Positions 1 to 9,671 of a stretch of 64,000 nt of DNA are shown in pieces. The translations under genes were made by a program, and so were the position numbers. The DNA comes from an uncultured Azospirillaceae bacterium. Lineage in GTDB: Bacteria; Pseudomonadota; Alphaproteobacteria; RF32; CAG-239. The DNA is taken from assembly GCA_964395655.1 (NCBI GenBank), contig CAYNBB010000001.1, positions 7,121-71,120 of the forward strand. Direction: 5' to 3'. The notes under the pieces are model-generated. The model did not search any database, had not been told where the DNA came from, and saw nothing but the letters and a program-made list of their open reading frames with translations. The stretch's first letter is position 1. Every line of letters begins with the position of its first letter.

Positions 1-2
1 AT

Positions 3-383
3 TATCCCGATCTTAAGGACAGCCATATCTGCAAGCTTATCGGAACCACCAAACCGACGATTGAAGCCATTCGCAGCGGCACGCATAAAGACAGCGCCGT
101 TTTGAGACCCAAAAATCCGGTAACCATCGGCCTGTGCTCGGAGGCGGATATCGAGAAAGCGATTTTGGCCGCACAACCCAAACCGGCCAAAGAAAAAAAG
201 GCCAAAGTCAAAAAAGCTCCGGCCAAGAAAGCGGCTTCCAAAAAAGAAGCCCAGAAGGAGCCTAAAGCCAAGAAAGAAACCAAGGCGAAAACCGCTCCGA
301 AAAAAGCGGGCAAAAAAACAACCGCAAAGAAAACGCCGGCCAAAAAGACAGCTTCTAAAAAAACGGCCAAAGACAAAAAATAA
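3..383 (+). CDS. DUF1013-like protein with Lys/Ala-rich histone H1-like C-terminal tail; 5' end truncated by the window (ORF tracker's Met at 102 is probably internal)
   Basis: Frame 3 is open from base 3 (YPDLKDSHICKLIGTTKPTIEAIRSGTHKDSAVLRPKNPVTIGL...). This resembles the conserved alphaproteobacterial DUF1013 core. It is followed by AKK/PKK/KKA repeats reminiscent of histone H1/AlgP-like tails. Confidence 0.55.
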   Translation, partial: YPDLKDSHICKLIGTTKPTIEAIRSGTHKDSAVLRPKNPVTIGLCSEADIEKAILAAQPKPAKEKKAKVKKAPAKKAASKKEAQKEPKAKKETKAKTAPKKAGKKTTAKKTPAKKTASKKTAKDKK

Positions 384-399
384 CAGACAAACAAAAAAA

Positions 400-430
400 T
401 CCCGTTCACCTAATCGTGAACGGGATTTTT
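400..430. terminator. Bidirectional rho-independent terminator (hairpin tcccgttcac...gtgaacggga flanked by A-run and T-run)
   Basis: A perfect 10-bp stem with an A7 run upstream and a T5 run downstream. It lies between the convergent ends of the DUF1013 gene (+) and orf372 (-). Confidence 0.7.
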
Positions 431-449
431 CTTAAATAAGAAAGCATCC

Positions 450-1568
450 TTAAAACATTTTGAGAACATTGACCTCAAAGGTATAATTGTGGGTGTTTCC
501 TTCGCGCCGGATAAACGCGATTTCTGCACACACAACATCGCCGTCTTTGAACGCTTCGCCGCCCGAATTAACAACGACCCCGACATGTTCCAAGATATTT
601 TTCGGATCCTGAGCGGACGGAGCAAAGTACGGCAAGCCGTCTTTTATCTCGACCTTGTAGTTGTACCCCAGCCAATAACCTCCGGCGCGATAGCACGAGC
701 CTTTGGCAAGCGCACCGCGAAAGACTTCATCATTACGGAACTTGTTTTTACCGTCTTTGGAAATTTTGTGCGGACCACCTTTAGCCGGCGGCTCGGCTTC
801 GCCGCGTATCAGTTCCGCCTTTGGCCGATTGCTCTGCGAGATGAAGACAACACGCACCATCGCGCGCGGCCACGACTTCGGATAAACGGTGTTCAAGTCG
901 CCGACCTGTCCGTCCGGAAACTGCACTTCTTTGCCGCTTTTGCCGTAAGGGGTTACGGTATAGACCTTGCCGAGCACTACCTTTCCGTACATTTTGCGCG
1001 AACCTTTTTTGAAGACTTCTTCAATCTTCTCCTTCGGCCACGAATTCAGCATATCGTTTTCGGCCTTTTCAGCTTCTGTTGCCTTGACAGAGGCCTTTTT
1101 GGCTTCGACCGACGTTTTTTCCAGCCGCCCGATCAGATAGTACTCACGGTCATCGCTCTTTTTGAGTTCGGAAACGATTACTTTGTCACGTACATCAAAC
1201 ATATTAAGTTCCGCTTCCGATCCTGCCGCCGGCTCATACGAACCATAAACTCCCGGCCTGTTCTCAAACTCTACGATAACCGCACGCGAGCTGATAAAAC
1301 ATGCGACCGCTTCCTGAGGCATCCTGCAAAACAAAAAGTCTGCCGTCAGCTCAAAGACGGGAAGACCGTCTTTAATATCAGAGACAACGACTTCCACCGC
1401 GCTGCTTTCAACCAGAATATCGGGAATTTTACCGATGATATTGCCGTAACAGCCGCCGGAAGTTTTCACTTTGGCGCCTTCGTCAGATACTGACACGATA
1501 CTGCCTTTTGCGACATCGCCGACCTCAAAAAGGTCGAACATTTTTTGAAGTTTCTCAAGATCTTTCAT
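450..1568 (-). CDS. Hypothetical protein, 372 aa; possible repeated OB/S1-like beta-barrel segments
   Basis: A long ORF with a consistent coding frame. Gly/Val/Lys patterns (GDVAKGSIVSV...GAKVK; GKVVLGKVYTV...GKEVQF) hint at OB-fold repeats. No confident family assignment. Confidence 0.5.
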   Translation of the reverse strand: MKDLEKLQKMFDLFEVGDVAKGSIVSVSDEGAKVKTSGGCYGNIIGKIPDILVESSAVEVVVSDIKDGLPVFELTADFLFCRMPQEAVACFISSRAVIVEFENRPGVYGSYEPAAGSEAELNMFDVRDKVIVSELKKSDDREYYLIGRLEKTSVEAKKASVKATEAEKAENDMLNSWPKEKIEEVFKKGSRKMYGKVVLGKVYTVTPYGKSGKEVQFPDGQVGDLNTVYPKSWPRAMVRVVFISQSNRPKAELIRGEAEPPAKGGPHKISKDGKNKFRNDEVFRGALAKGSCYRAGGYWLGYNYKVEIKDGLPYFAPSAQDPKNILEHVGVVVNSGGEAFKDGDVVCAEIAFIRREGNTHNYTFEVNVLKMF

Positions 1569-1693
1569 ATTTTTTTATTTTAGAAAGTTGAACAATATAT
1601 ACATAATCTTAATTTCAGAGTGCAGTGGTTATAGCACATTTTGTACTTTGATTCAAGAATTATTTAGACAAAATTTTCTACAAAAGAGAAGGA

Positions 1694-2833
1694 TTATTTT
1701 TCGTAAACGGCACTGCCGAACGGAATTTCCCGGCCGATACCCTTGGCCAGAACGTTCATGCGCACGAATCCCATTTCTCCGTTGTCTATCAATATCCGCG
1801 CCCAGACGTTGTCGGGACTGTACCCGGTCAGGCGAACCGTGGTGTCGGCCGGCAGTTTTTTCAAAACGTCAAATTCGTCAGACGGACCGTACATAACGGC
1901 CGTTTCACGCTGAAGATGATACAGACGGCTCAGATCCGACCGGTTAACCGGCAGATTGTGAATCTTTCCGACCACGACGTCATCTACGGTCTGCTCTCGG
2001 TAGCCGGTATTGACTTCCTGATAATAGGCAATTTCTTTGCTGCTGCCCCACCAATTCGGCAGTTGCTTTTCGACAAGGAGTCTGCCGCCCCCCAAAACGG
2101 CCGCTACAAACAATGCAGCACTGGGAACCAAAATCTGAACCGCTTTCAGAGAAGAAAGTTTCCAGCGGTGCGGACGCGCAACGCGAATATCCGCCGCGGC
2201 AATGAAACGCTCAAGATAAATTTTCTCGCTCTCGTCGGCAAATTCAAGCGCGGCAATCGCCGATGTTACGGCCAAAGGAATGTCACCGAGTTTCTCATAA
2301 GCGACGATATTGTGAAGCAAAATCCGAAAACTCTCGGCCGCCGAAAAAGCTTTGTTGTAATTATGCCGCAACGCCCGTATATTTTTCAAGACCGCGGCCG
2401 GATGCCACCAGCCGAGCAGCCAGTTTCCGACGGCGGCTTTCGCCAGAACTTTCGGCGCGGCGGACTTTCTCAGGACTTTGAGCGCGCGGTTTTGCGAATA
2501 TTTCCAAATTTTGCCGCGCACTTCGTCTATCATGAAAGCACGGACATCGGCATCGCCCTCAACATCTTTAAACGGCACGATATTTTCATACTCGGGATAA
2601 GCTGCGGCATCATAAACCATTGAAAGCAGGTCATAACGCAAACGCGCGGCCGGCTCCTTTAAAACATCATAAGCGACCGACAGCTTCTGAAATTTTTCCA
2701 GCGCCCGTTCGTCTTTATTATGATCCGGATGCCAAAACTTGGCGAGATCACGGTAAGCCTGTTTTATCTGCTCGTCTCCGGCCTGCGGCGAAATCCCCAA
2801 CAACTGATAATATCCCAAAGCATCATACTTCAT
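1694..2833 (-). CDS. J-domain (DnaJ-like) protein with central TM helix and C-terminal bacterial SH3-like domain
   Basis: N-terminus reads MKYDALGYYQLLGISPQAGDEQIKQAYRDLAKFWHPDHN, with the HPD motif. There is a hydrophobic segment AVQILVPSAALFVAAVLGGG. The C-terminus GYSPDNVWARILIDNGEMGFVRMNVL is SH3b-like. The start was chosen at MKYD (2833), preceded by GGAGGGGG; the ORF tracker's longer N-terminus is unlikely. Confidence 0.7.
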   Translation of the reverse strand: MKYDALGYYQLLGISPQAGDEQIKQAYRDLAKFWHPDHNKDERALEKFQKLSVAYDVLKEPAARLRYDLLSMVYDAAAYPEYENIVPFKDVEGDADVRAFMIDEVRGKIWKYSQNRALKVLRKSAAPKVLAKAAVGNWLLGWWHPAAVLKNIRALRHNYNKAFSAAESFRILLHNIVAYEKLGDIPLAVTSAIAALEFADESEKIYLERFIAAADIRVARPHRWKLSSLKAVQILVPSAALFVAAVLGGGRLLVEKQLPNWWGSSKEIAYYQEVNTGYREQTVDDVVVGKIHNLPVNRSDLSRLYHLQRETAVMYGPSDEFDVLKKLPADTTVRLTGYSPDNVWARILIDNGEMGFVRMNVLAKGIGREIPFGSAVYEK

Positions 2834-2834
2834 T

Positions 2835-4430
2835 TCAGATAAAAACCCCCTCCGGCAGATTGGCCGGACCGTCGGCCTCGGTTTTGACGAAAGCCTGCTT
2901 CCGGTTGACGGCAATGGTGCCTATATAGTCGACATTGTACAGCGAAGTTTTAAACAAATTGATAATATGCGAGCAAAAATCGTCGCTTTGCAAACGAGAC
3001 GTGCGTACAATCAAGTCCAACCGCCGTTCTTCGGGAACCGAAAAACCGTCAAACTGAAAAGCGCCGAGTTTTGAAAAATCAGTCTCAATGATAAAACGGG
3101 TACCGCCGCTTTTACGCCTCGGCGTTTGCGGCTCGTCTTTATCGAGGTCTTTCTTGACCGCCAGTTTAAACGGTATCAGCTGCGAACCGTCAAACAACGG
3201 CATTTCGACAATCCGCCAGGACGGCGTTTCGCGCAGAGCCGAAGATGCAAATTCCTGTAAATTCTGCAAAGCCTCCTGCCCTTTGGCGCCTCCGTCCCGC
3301 AACAGGCCGATGGTTTCGGAACCGAGCCAGAGCTTGACATCACGCTCGACCGCGCCTTTGTAAAACGCATGCAAATTTGAAAGTATTGACCGATTGAACG
3401 TCGGCAACTTTTGCAGCACCGGCAAAGCCAGCTGCGGAAGTTCGCGCAACGGTTCAAAAACTTTGAGCAGATTTGTTACCGCCGTATCGCGGCTTTGCAG
3501 CAAATGCAGCAAACGGCTGACGTCAGCCTGCGGAAAAAGCGCTTCCGCCTCCGGACGCGCAAAGATTTTTTGCAGCACTTCCTCAGGCAGCGAATTGCGG
3601 GCTTCAATTCTGACATCGGAAACAGAAAGTTCCAGACCTGTCTGCGGCGGCAGGTTTAACGACGTTTCGACCGTTATCCGCCCCAGCGGAGAATTCAACT
3701 GCCGTACAGGTATCGTTTCGGCGCCGGTTCCCTGCGACACGGCAACAAACTTCTGCGCCATCAAATTTTGCAACGCTTCCGTAACCTGCTGCCTGCCATC
3801 GGCAATTTGCGATTGCGAACCGGCGTCAAGAGCGACGCCCAAATTCCGCAAGGCCGTTTTCAACGGCTGCAAGATATCGATGTCAGAACTTCCGACCACC
3901 GCCGGATTTTCAATCCGTATCGCCACAACCGAAGACGGAAGCTGTGCAATTATGCGATTCTGAAGCGCTTGCGGCAGCTTCAAATCCCGCATTGCCTGCG
4001 ACGTTATCTGCTGTCCTGACAACGGCGACAGTTTAGCCTGCGGCAGACTGACATTAGTCTCTTTGACAATTGCGGCACCGCGTCCGAGTTCCGCCTCCGC
4101 GGCGGGAAGTTTTTTGTCCCAAAGGAGTTGCAACGTATTTTCGGATACGACTTTGGCAACAAACTGCCGCGTTGCCGAAGGATTCAACTTAAGCGGCAGT
4201 TTGCCTCCGGGCTCAAGCGGAATTTTCCGACTATCGCTCAGAATATTGAGCGTTATCGTCGGTTCAGAACCCTCCGTTGCTGTCGCGCCGCCGTTTATCA
4301 GCATCTCCAACAGAATCATATCATCGACCTTAATGTCGGCCGGCAACCGCGTAACGTCAATCATCACGGCTTTGTCGGCAACGCTCACAGAAGGCAAAAC
4401 CTGCAAAGTCGGATTAATGACATTATCCAT
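2835..4430 (-). CDS. Hypothetical 531-aa protein (L/Q/P-rich, no TM) encoded inside the flagellar operon downstream of fleN
   Basis: A long ORF whose start overlaps the fleN stop by 8 bp and whose stop lies 1 nt before the J-domain protein start. No recognisable domain. Confidence 0.6.
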   Translation of the reverse strand: MDNVINPTLQVLPSVSVADKAVMIDVTRLPADIKVDDMILLEMLINGGATATEGSEPTITLNILSDSRKIPLEPGGKLPLKLNPSATRQFVAKVVSENTLQLLWDKKLPAAEAELGRGAAIVKETNVSLPQAKLSPLSGQQITSQAMRDLKLPQALQNRIIAQLPSSVVAIRIENPAVVGSSDIDILQPLKTALRNLGVALDAGSQSQIADGRQQVTEALQNLMAQKFVAVSQGTGAETIPVRQLNSPLGRITVETSLNLPPQTGLELSVSDVRIEARNSLPEEVLQKIFARPEAEALFPQADVSRLLHLLQSRDTAVTNLLKVFEPLRELPQLALPVLQKLPTFNRSILSNLHAFYKGAVERDVKLWLGSETIGLLRDGGAKGQEALQNLQEFASSALRETPSWRIVEMPLFDGSQLIPFKLAVKKDLDKDEPQTPRRKSGGTRFIIETDFSKLGAFQFDGFSVPEERRLDLIVRTSRLQSDDFCSHIINLFKTSLYNVDYIGTIAVNRKQAFVKTEADGPANLPEGVFI

Positions 4431-5229
4431 TGTTCAACAGCCTTTTGGCAATCGCCACCACGTCTTCGGCAGCCTCCGAATTGGGATAGCGGGTTAAAAT
4501 CGTCGCCTGGTTGCGGATGGAATCACGCACCCGGGTGTCTCTTCTGATTATACCTAACAACGGCGGATTGATTTTCAAGAAATTGGCACAGGCTTTGAGC
4601 AAAATATCGTATGTTCGCTGTCCTTCGCGCACCGAATTGGCCTGATTGACCACAGCGCTGATGTCGCTTTTGGGATACTGCATAGTCATGATTTTGATAA
4701 AGGCGTAAGCATCGGTAAGCGAGGTCGGTTCATCCGTGCAGACGACAATAATTTTCTCGGCCATACCCGATAAAATTCTTACCGGCTTTTCGACTCCGGC
4801 TCCCATATCAAGGATAATCCTGTCATAGTCGGCGGCTATCGTACTCAGGTCTTCGCCCAAAATCTGCAACCGGCCGACCGGCATTGAAGCCAGACCGGCC
4901 GAGCCTGAGCGGCCGGCAATAACGTCAAAATGTCCTTTATCATAATTGTAAATAATCTGATTGAGACTTTTGACGCCGGAAACGACGCTTCCCAAATCGT
5001 CTTTGACCATCAGTCCGAGTTGAATATCTATATTGGCCAACCCCAAATCGCCGTCAAACAAAACAGTTTTTTGCCGCAACATGCTCAGAGCATGCGCCAA
5101 CGTAATCGAAAACCAGGTTTTGCCGACGCCGCCTTTGCCGGAAGCCACCGCAATCATGTTTTTTCCTTTGCGCGGCGCCCGGGCTCCGACGGTCTTGGGA
5201 GCAATTTTCAACTCTTCTCTGTTTTCCAT
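4423..5229 (-). CDS. fleN: Flagellar number/placement regulator FleN/FlhG (MinD/ParA-family ATPase)
   Basis: Deviant Walker A MIAVASGKGGVGKT and MinD-like body. It sits immediately downstream of flhF. Confidence 0.9.
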   Translation of the reverse strand: MENREELKIAPKTVGARAPRKGKNMIAVASGKGGVGKTWFSITLAHALSMLRQKTVLFDGDLGLANIDIQLGLMVKDDLGSVVSGVKSLNQIIYNYDKGHFDVIAGRSGSAGLASMPVGRLQILGEDLSTIAADYDRIILDMGAGVEKPVRILSGMAEKIIVVCTDEPTSLTDAYAFIKIMTMQYPKSDISAVVNQANSVREGQRTYDILLKACANFLKINPPLLGIIRRDTRVRDSIRNQATILTRYPNSEAAEDVVAIAKRLLNNG

Positions 5230-5254
5230 GTTTCCTCTCTTTTCTTTCCGCCGC

Positions 5255-6208
5255 TTAAGACAAAATCAGCTTAGCCAGCGCTCCGGCATCCAGTTCTGCC
5301 ATTCCTTTGGCTATCGACGAACTGACGCTGGCGCCCGACAAAACCATGTCGCAGCAATCGGCAATACTCAAAATACTGCCGATGCGCCTTGTTAAATCGA
5401 GTCTGGTCGGCAACAGGCCTGTCGCGCCAAGCTGACCGAAAATTTCCGCAGCTTCCACCGCCTCATAGACATTGCGTCCGGCATCAAAGGTCAAAATTTT
5501 ATCGCATTTGAGACTGTCGGCAAACGGTGCCACCTTGTCAAGCTCGGCTTTGACAAACGGATTGATCCCCGGCGTGTCAATCAAAATACAGCCGTATTCG
5601 GCAGCGTGATTTTTGACATAACGAAACAGCTCGCGCGCTTCCTTATAAAACAAAAAATCAACTTCCAAAATACCGGCAAAAGCCTCCAGCTGTCTGTTGG
5701 CGCCGGCGCGCGTATTGTCCGTGCTGACAACGGCGGTTTTTATTCCCTTGAATTTTGCCTGCGTGGCAATTTTGGCAATGGCAGTCGATTTGCCCGAACC
5801 GGGCGTGCCCATAAACATTTTGACGCAGGAACCGTCTTCAAACAACGGCCGATAACGAAACGTCTTTTGCAGCGCTTTTTGCAGGACAAACATATCGTCG
5901 GCGCGGCCATACTGCCGATTTGCTTCTCTGCAGGCCGACAAGACATGATATTGCACCAAGTCCAAAACGCCGTGATATTCAAGCGCTTCCCGTAACGACG
6001 TTTCGTCAAAAAAAGCCTTGGTGTCAATTTCTTTGACGCTTTCGTCCTCGGCAAAGTCAAAATCTGTCGTCTCATCCACGGCAACGGTCAAATGCAGCCG
6101 CCCCTCTACCGTTTCGTTTGACAGAATTACGGCGTCATCGCCGAGCTCGGCTTTTATCCGAGCCAGCGCTTCGGGCATTGAGGCGGCAATGACGTTTTTT
6201 ATTTTCAT
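5255..6208 (-). CDS. flhF: Flagellar biosynthesis SRP-type GTPase FlhF
   Basis: GTPase motifs FMGTPGSGKST, DTPG and TRLD. Position between flhA and fleN. Confidence 0.85.
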   Translation of the reverse strand: MKIKNVIAASMPEALARIKAELGDDAVILSNETVEGRLHLTVAVDETTDFDFAEDESVKEIDTKAFFDETSLREALEYHGVLDLVQYHVLSACREANRQYGRADDMFVLQKALQKTFRYRPLFEDGSCVKMFMGTPGSGKSTAIAKIATQAKFKGIKTAVVSTDNTRAGANRQLEAFAGILEVDFLFYKEARELFRYVKNHAAEYGCILIDTPGINPFVKAELDKVAPFADSLKCDKILTFDAGRNVYEAVEAAEIFGQLGATGLLPTRLDLTRRIGSILSIADCCDMVLSGASVSSSIAKGMAELDAGALAKLILS

Positions 6209-6211
6209 CGG

Positions 6212-8326
6212 CTAGATTTGTCCTATGGTTTTGATTTTGGCCTTAGGGTGAATCTCATTCTGCGACATAACCACCGTCAACGGGCGAAAACGCTCAATAA
6301 TCGAACGAACAAACGGACGAATCGACGGACTGGTAAGAATAACGCCGCTCTGCCCCTTGGCCGCCAGTTCTTCGGTAACGGTGCGAACCTTGTTGATAAA
6401 TCCCTGCAGAGTGCTCGGAGCCATGGCCAGCTGACGTTCATCGCCCTCGCCGACAATGGCTTCTGCAAAAGATTTTTCCCATTCGGCCGACAGCGTAATC
6501 AACGGAATGACACCAAACTCGTTGGAATAAGCATTGGAAAGCTGCCGGCTCAAGCGAGCACGAACGTGTTCGGTTATCATCATCAGGCTGTGTGTGGTAG
6601 TAACGGCTTCGGAAATTCCCTCAAGAATAGTCGGCAAATCGCGAACGGAAACACGCTCCTGCAACAGATTCTGCAAAACGCGCTGTAATGCGCCGAGGCT
6701 GATTTTTCCGGGAATAAGCTCTTTGATGAGTTTCTGATGTTCTTTGTCGAGTTCGTCAAGCAGCTTCTGGGTTTCGGCGTAAGAAAGCAGCTCGGGCATA
6801 TTGTCTTTGACCAGCTCGGTAATATGAGTGGTAACAACCGTGGCCGGATCAACCACGGTATAGCCGCGAAACATGGCTTCCTCGCGATAAGACTGGTCAA
6901 CCCACATGGCCTTGAGTCCGAAAGTCGGCTCAAACGTCTGCTCTCCGGGCAGTGTTATCGGCTCGCCGCGCGGATCCATGACAAGCAACTGTGTCGGCCG
7001 CAATTCGCCTTTTCCGGATTTGACCTCTTTGATGTAAATATTATACTCGTTGGCTTCAAGCTGCATATTGTCCTGAATGCGGATCGACGGCATTACAAAA
7101 CCGAGTTCGGAAGCCAGCGCGCGGCGCAAAGCCTTAATCTGGTCGGTCAACTTGCGGTTGGTTTCCTCATTAATGAGCGGCAACAAACCATAACCGATTT
7201 CCAAACGAATCAGATCAACGCGCAGGGCATTGGCAATCGGTTCGTCAGCCGTTTTGGCAAGCTTACCCTGTTTTTTCTCCTGCTCCATAACGGCCTGAGC
7301 CTGTGCCGCCACTTCTTTTTGACGTTTGTCAAGATAATATGCCGTACTCCCTGTCAGTAAAGACAACAGCAAAAACGGAATAAAAGGCGTTCCCGGAATA
7401 ATGCCGAGAGCAATCGCCAAAAACGCACTCATGCCGAGCGCCTTGGGATAATTGGCAACCTGATCAAACAAGACTTTGTCGGCGGAATCGGTCATACCGG
7501 CCTTGGAAACCAGAATACCGGCGGCAACAGACACTATCAACGCAGGAATCTGACTGACCAAACCGTCACCGACCGTCAGGCGGGTATAGGTTTCGCCGGC
7601 GGCCGAAAAACTCATGTCGTTTTGAACCATGCCGATAATGATACCGGCAATGATGTTGATAAACGTAATCAGCAGACCGGCTATCGCGTCGCCGCGGACA
7701 AACTTGGAAGCACCGTCCATGGCTCCGTAGAAAGCGCTCTCTTTGCTCAAATCCTCACGACGTTTTTTGGCCTCTTCTTCGTTAATCAGTCCCGAAGACA
7801 AATCGGCGTCGATCGCCATTTGTTTGCCGGGCATGGCGTCCAAAGCAAAACGCGCGGCAACTTCGGCAATACGTCCCGAACCTTTGGTAATGACCACAAA
7901 GTTGACCAAAACCAAAATTGCAAAAACGATAACGCCGATGACAAAGTTGTTGCCCATGATAAAACCGCCGAACGCCTTAATGACTTCACCGGCGGCGTCG
8001 GGTCCCATATAGCCGCGTGCCAGAATCAACCTGGTCGACGCCAGATTCAAAGACAGGCGATACATGGTGGTAATCAGCAAGACCAGAGGAAATGCGCTGA
8101 ACTCTATCGGCTTTTCGATAAAGATCGCCATCATCAGAACGATGCAGGACAACGTTATCGAAAAGGCCAAAGCCACGTCAAGCAGCCAGGCCGGCATCGG
8201 CAGAATCAAAATCACCAGCATCAGAATAATGGCGATGGCAAAGAAAAGATCACCTCGTTTGCTTGAGCCTACGAGCATATCTTTGATTGTGGTTCCCAGA
8301 GATTTTTGAAGCGGTGCCGGTGCCAT
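6212..8326 (-). CDS. flhA: Flagellar type III export gate protein FlhA
   Basis: A 704-aa protein with an N-terminal multi-TM region and the conserved FHIPxF-like core. Typical FlhA cytoplasmic domain. Confidence 0.95.
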   Translation of the reverse strand: MAPAPLQKSLGTTIKDMLVGSSKRGDLFFAIAIILMLVILILPMPAWLLDVALAFSITLSCIVLMMAIFIEKPIEFSAFPLVLLITTMYRLSLNLASTRLILARGYMGPDAAGEVIKAFGGFIMGNNFVIGVIVFAILVLVNFVVITKGSGRIAEVAARFALDAMPGKQMAIDADLSSGLINEEEAKKRREDLSKESAFYGAMDGASKFVRGDAIAGLLITFINIIAGIIIGMVQNDMSFSAAGETYTRLTVGDGLVSQIPALIVSVAAGILVSKAGMTDSADKVLFDQVANYPKALGMSAFLAIALGIIPGTPFIPFLLLSLLTGSTAYYLDKRQKEVAAQAQAVMEQEKKQGKLAKTADEPIANALRVDLIRLEIGYGLLPLINEETNRKLTDQIKALRRALASELGFVMPSIRIQDNMQLEANEYNIYIKEVKSGKGELRPTQLLVMDPRGEPITLPGEQTFEPTFGLKAMWVDQSYREEAMFRGYTVVDPATVVTTHITELVKDNMPELLSYAETQKLLDELDKEHQKLIKELIPGKISLGALQRVLQNLLQERVSVRDLPTILEGISEAVTTTHSLMMITEHVRARLSRQLSNAYSNEFGVIPLITLSAEWEKSFAEAIVGEGDERQLAMAPSTLQGFINKVRTVTEELAAKGQSGVILTSPSIRPFVRSIIERFRPLTVVMSQNEIHPKAKIKTIGQI

Positions 8327-8332
8327 AAGCTT

Positions 8333-9640
8333 TTATTGTCCTTGTGGTGCAGAAGGAAGATCAAAGCCTTCTTCCTGATACTGTTTGAGTTTGTTGCGCA
8401 GAGTGCGAATCGAAATACCGAGAATATTGGCGGCAGTCGTACGGTTGCCCATGGTATGTTTGAGCGTGTCGATAATCAGTTTGCGTTCCATTCCTGCAAC
8501 CGTCTGACCGACGGCAGGAGTTTCCTCCTCTTTGACGGCATCGGGATTTTGCAGCATAACCGCTTCAACACCGATTTCGTCTCCGGTGCTCAATAATACG
8601 GCACGATGCATGGTATTTTCGAGCTCGCGGACATTGCCGGGCCAGAGATAATGCAACAACGCATCGGCCGCCTCTTTGCTCAAATCCTTCATCGGCAGTT
8701 CGTTGAGCTCGGAATATTTTTTGATAAAATGTTTGGCCAATACCAAAATATCGTCCGGACGGTCTTTGAGATCGGGAATATTGAGACTGATAACATTGAG
8801 GCGATAATACAAATCCTGCCGGAACGTGCCGTTGCGGACAGCTTCTTCCAGATTGCGGTTGGAAGTAGCGATAATTCTGGTATTGACTTTAATCGGCGCT
8901 TTGCCGCCGATACGGTCAATTTCCTTTTCCTGAATCGCACGCAACAGTTTGGCCTGAATGCCGATATCCATTTCAGATATTTCATCAAGCAACAGAGTAC
9001 CTTCGCTCGCTTCCTCAAATTTTCCGATACGCCGCGCCACCGCGCCGGTAAAAGCGCCCTTTTCATAGCCGAATAATTCCGACTCGAGCAAAGTCTCGGG
9101 AATGGCGGCACAATTGACGGCCACAAACTTTTTGTTGGCTCGTTTTGAATTATCATGAATAAAGCGCGAGAAAATTTCCTTACCCGTTCCGGATGAGCCC
9201 GTCAACAGAACGCTCGCTTCGGACGGCGCAATCTGCTTGGCGATTTTTAAAATATTTTCGGTTTTTTTGTCGCCGTATATCAGCGCATGATTTTCACGCG
9301 TGGCCGCAGCCAGCACGGCGCCGATTAATTCCGGATCGGGAGGAAGAGGGATATATTCCTTGGCTCCGGCTTTAATGGCCTTGACGGCCAGACCGGTGTC
9401 ATTGGCAACGCCGCAGGCAACCACCAAAACATTGATACGCTCCTGTTCCAGAGAAGAAATAAATTTGTGAATGTCAAGCTTGACGTCAATCATCACCAAC
9501 TCGACACTTTTGCCCGAACGCAAAATCTCAAGCGCCTTCTCAACCGTAGGAGACAGACTGACCTGACCGCCCTGTTCGATAGCGATTTTGCTGGCGGCGC
9601 CGATTTGTCCGTCCAATGTTCCGACAATCAGTAACTCCAT
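8333..9640 (-). CDS. flbD: sigma54-dependent flagellar transcriptional activator FlbD (degenerate receiver, AAA+ sigma54 activator and Fis-type HTH domains)
   Basis: N-terminus MELLIVGTLDGQIGA..VVACGV..AIKAGAKEYIPLPPDPELIGAVLAAA is co-linear with Caulobacter FlbD. It carries the GAFTGA and ESELFG motifs and a C-terminal HTH (ANILGISIRTLRNKLK). Confidence 0.9.
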   Translation of the reverse strand: MELLIVGTLDGQIGAASKIAIEQGGQVSLSPTVEKALEILRSGKSVELVMIDVKLDIHKFISSLEQERINVLVVACGVANDTGLAVKAIKAGAKEYIPLPPDPELIGAVLAAATRENHALIYGDKKTENILKIAKQIAPSEASVLLTGSSGTGKEIFSRFIHDNSKRANKKFVAVNCAAIPETLLESELFGYEKGAFTGAVARRIGKFEEASEGTLLLDEISEMDIGIQAKLLRAIQEKEIDRIGGKAPIKVNTRIIATSNRNLEEAVRNGTFRQDLYYRLNVISLNIPDLKDRPDDILVLAKHFIKKYSELNELPMKDLSKEAADALLHYLWPGNVRELENTMHRAVLLSTGDEIGVEAVMLQNPDAVKEEETPAVGQTVAGMERKLIIDTLKHTMGNRTTAANILGISIRTLRNKLKQYQEEGFDLPSAPQGQ

Positions 9641-9671
9641 AAAGTTTCTTAACCTCTCTTCTTTTTCTGCA

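Noticed and set aside
2-409. 135-aa minus-strand ORF antisense to the Lys-rich DUF1013 tail
   Set aside because: It is the mirror of the A-rich repeat region (Phe/Leu/Ala-rich translation). Low-complexity antisense ORFs like this are routine and it has no start context.
489-1493. 334-aa plus-strand ORF overlapping orf372
   Set aside because: It is fully antisense to a better ORF, has an Arg-rich GC-skew composition and lacks an RBS. Likely spurious.
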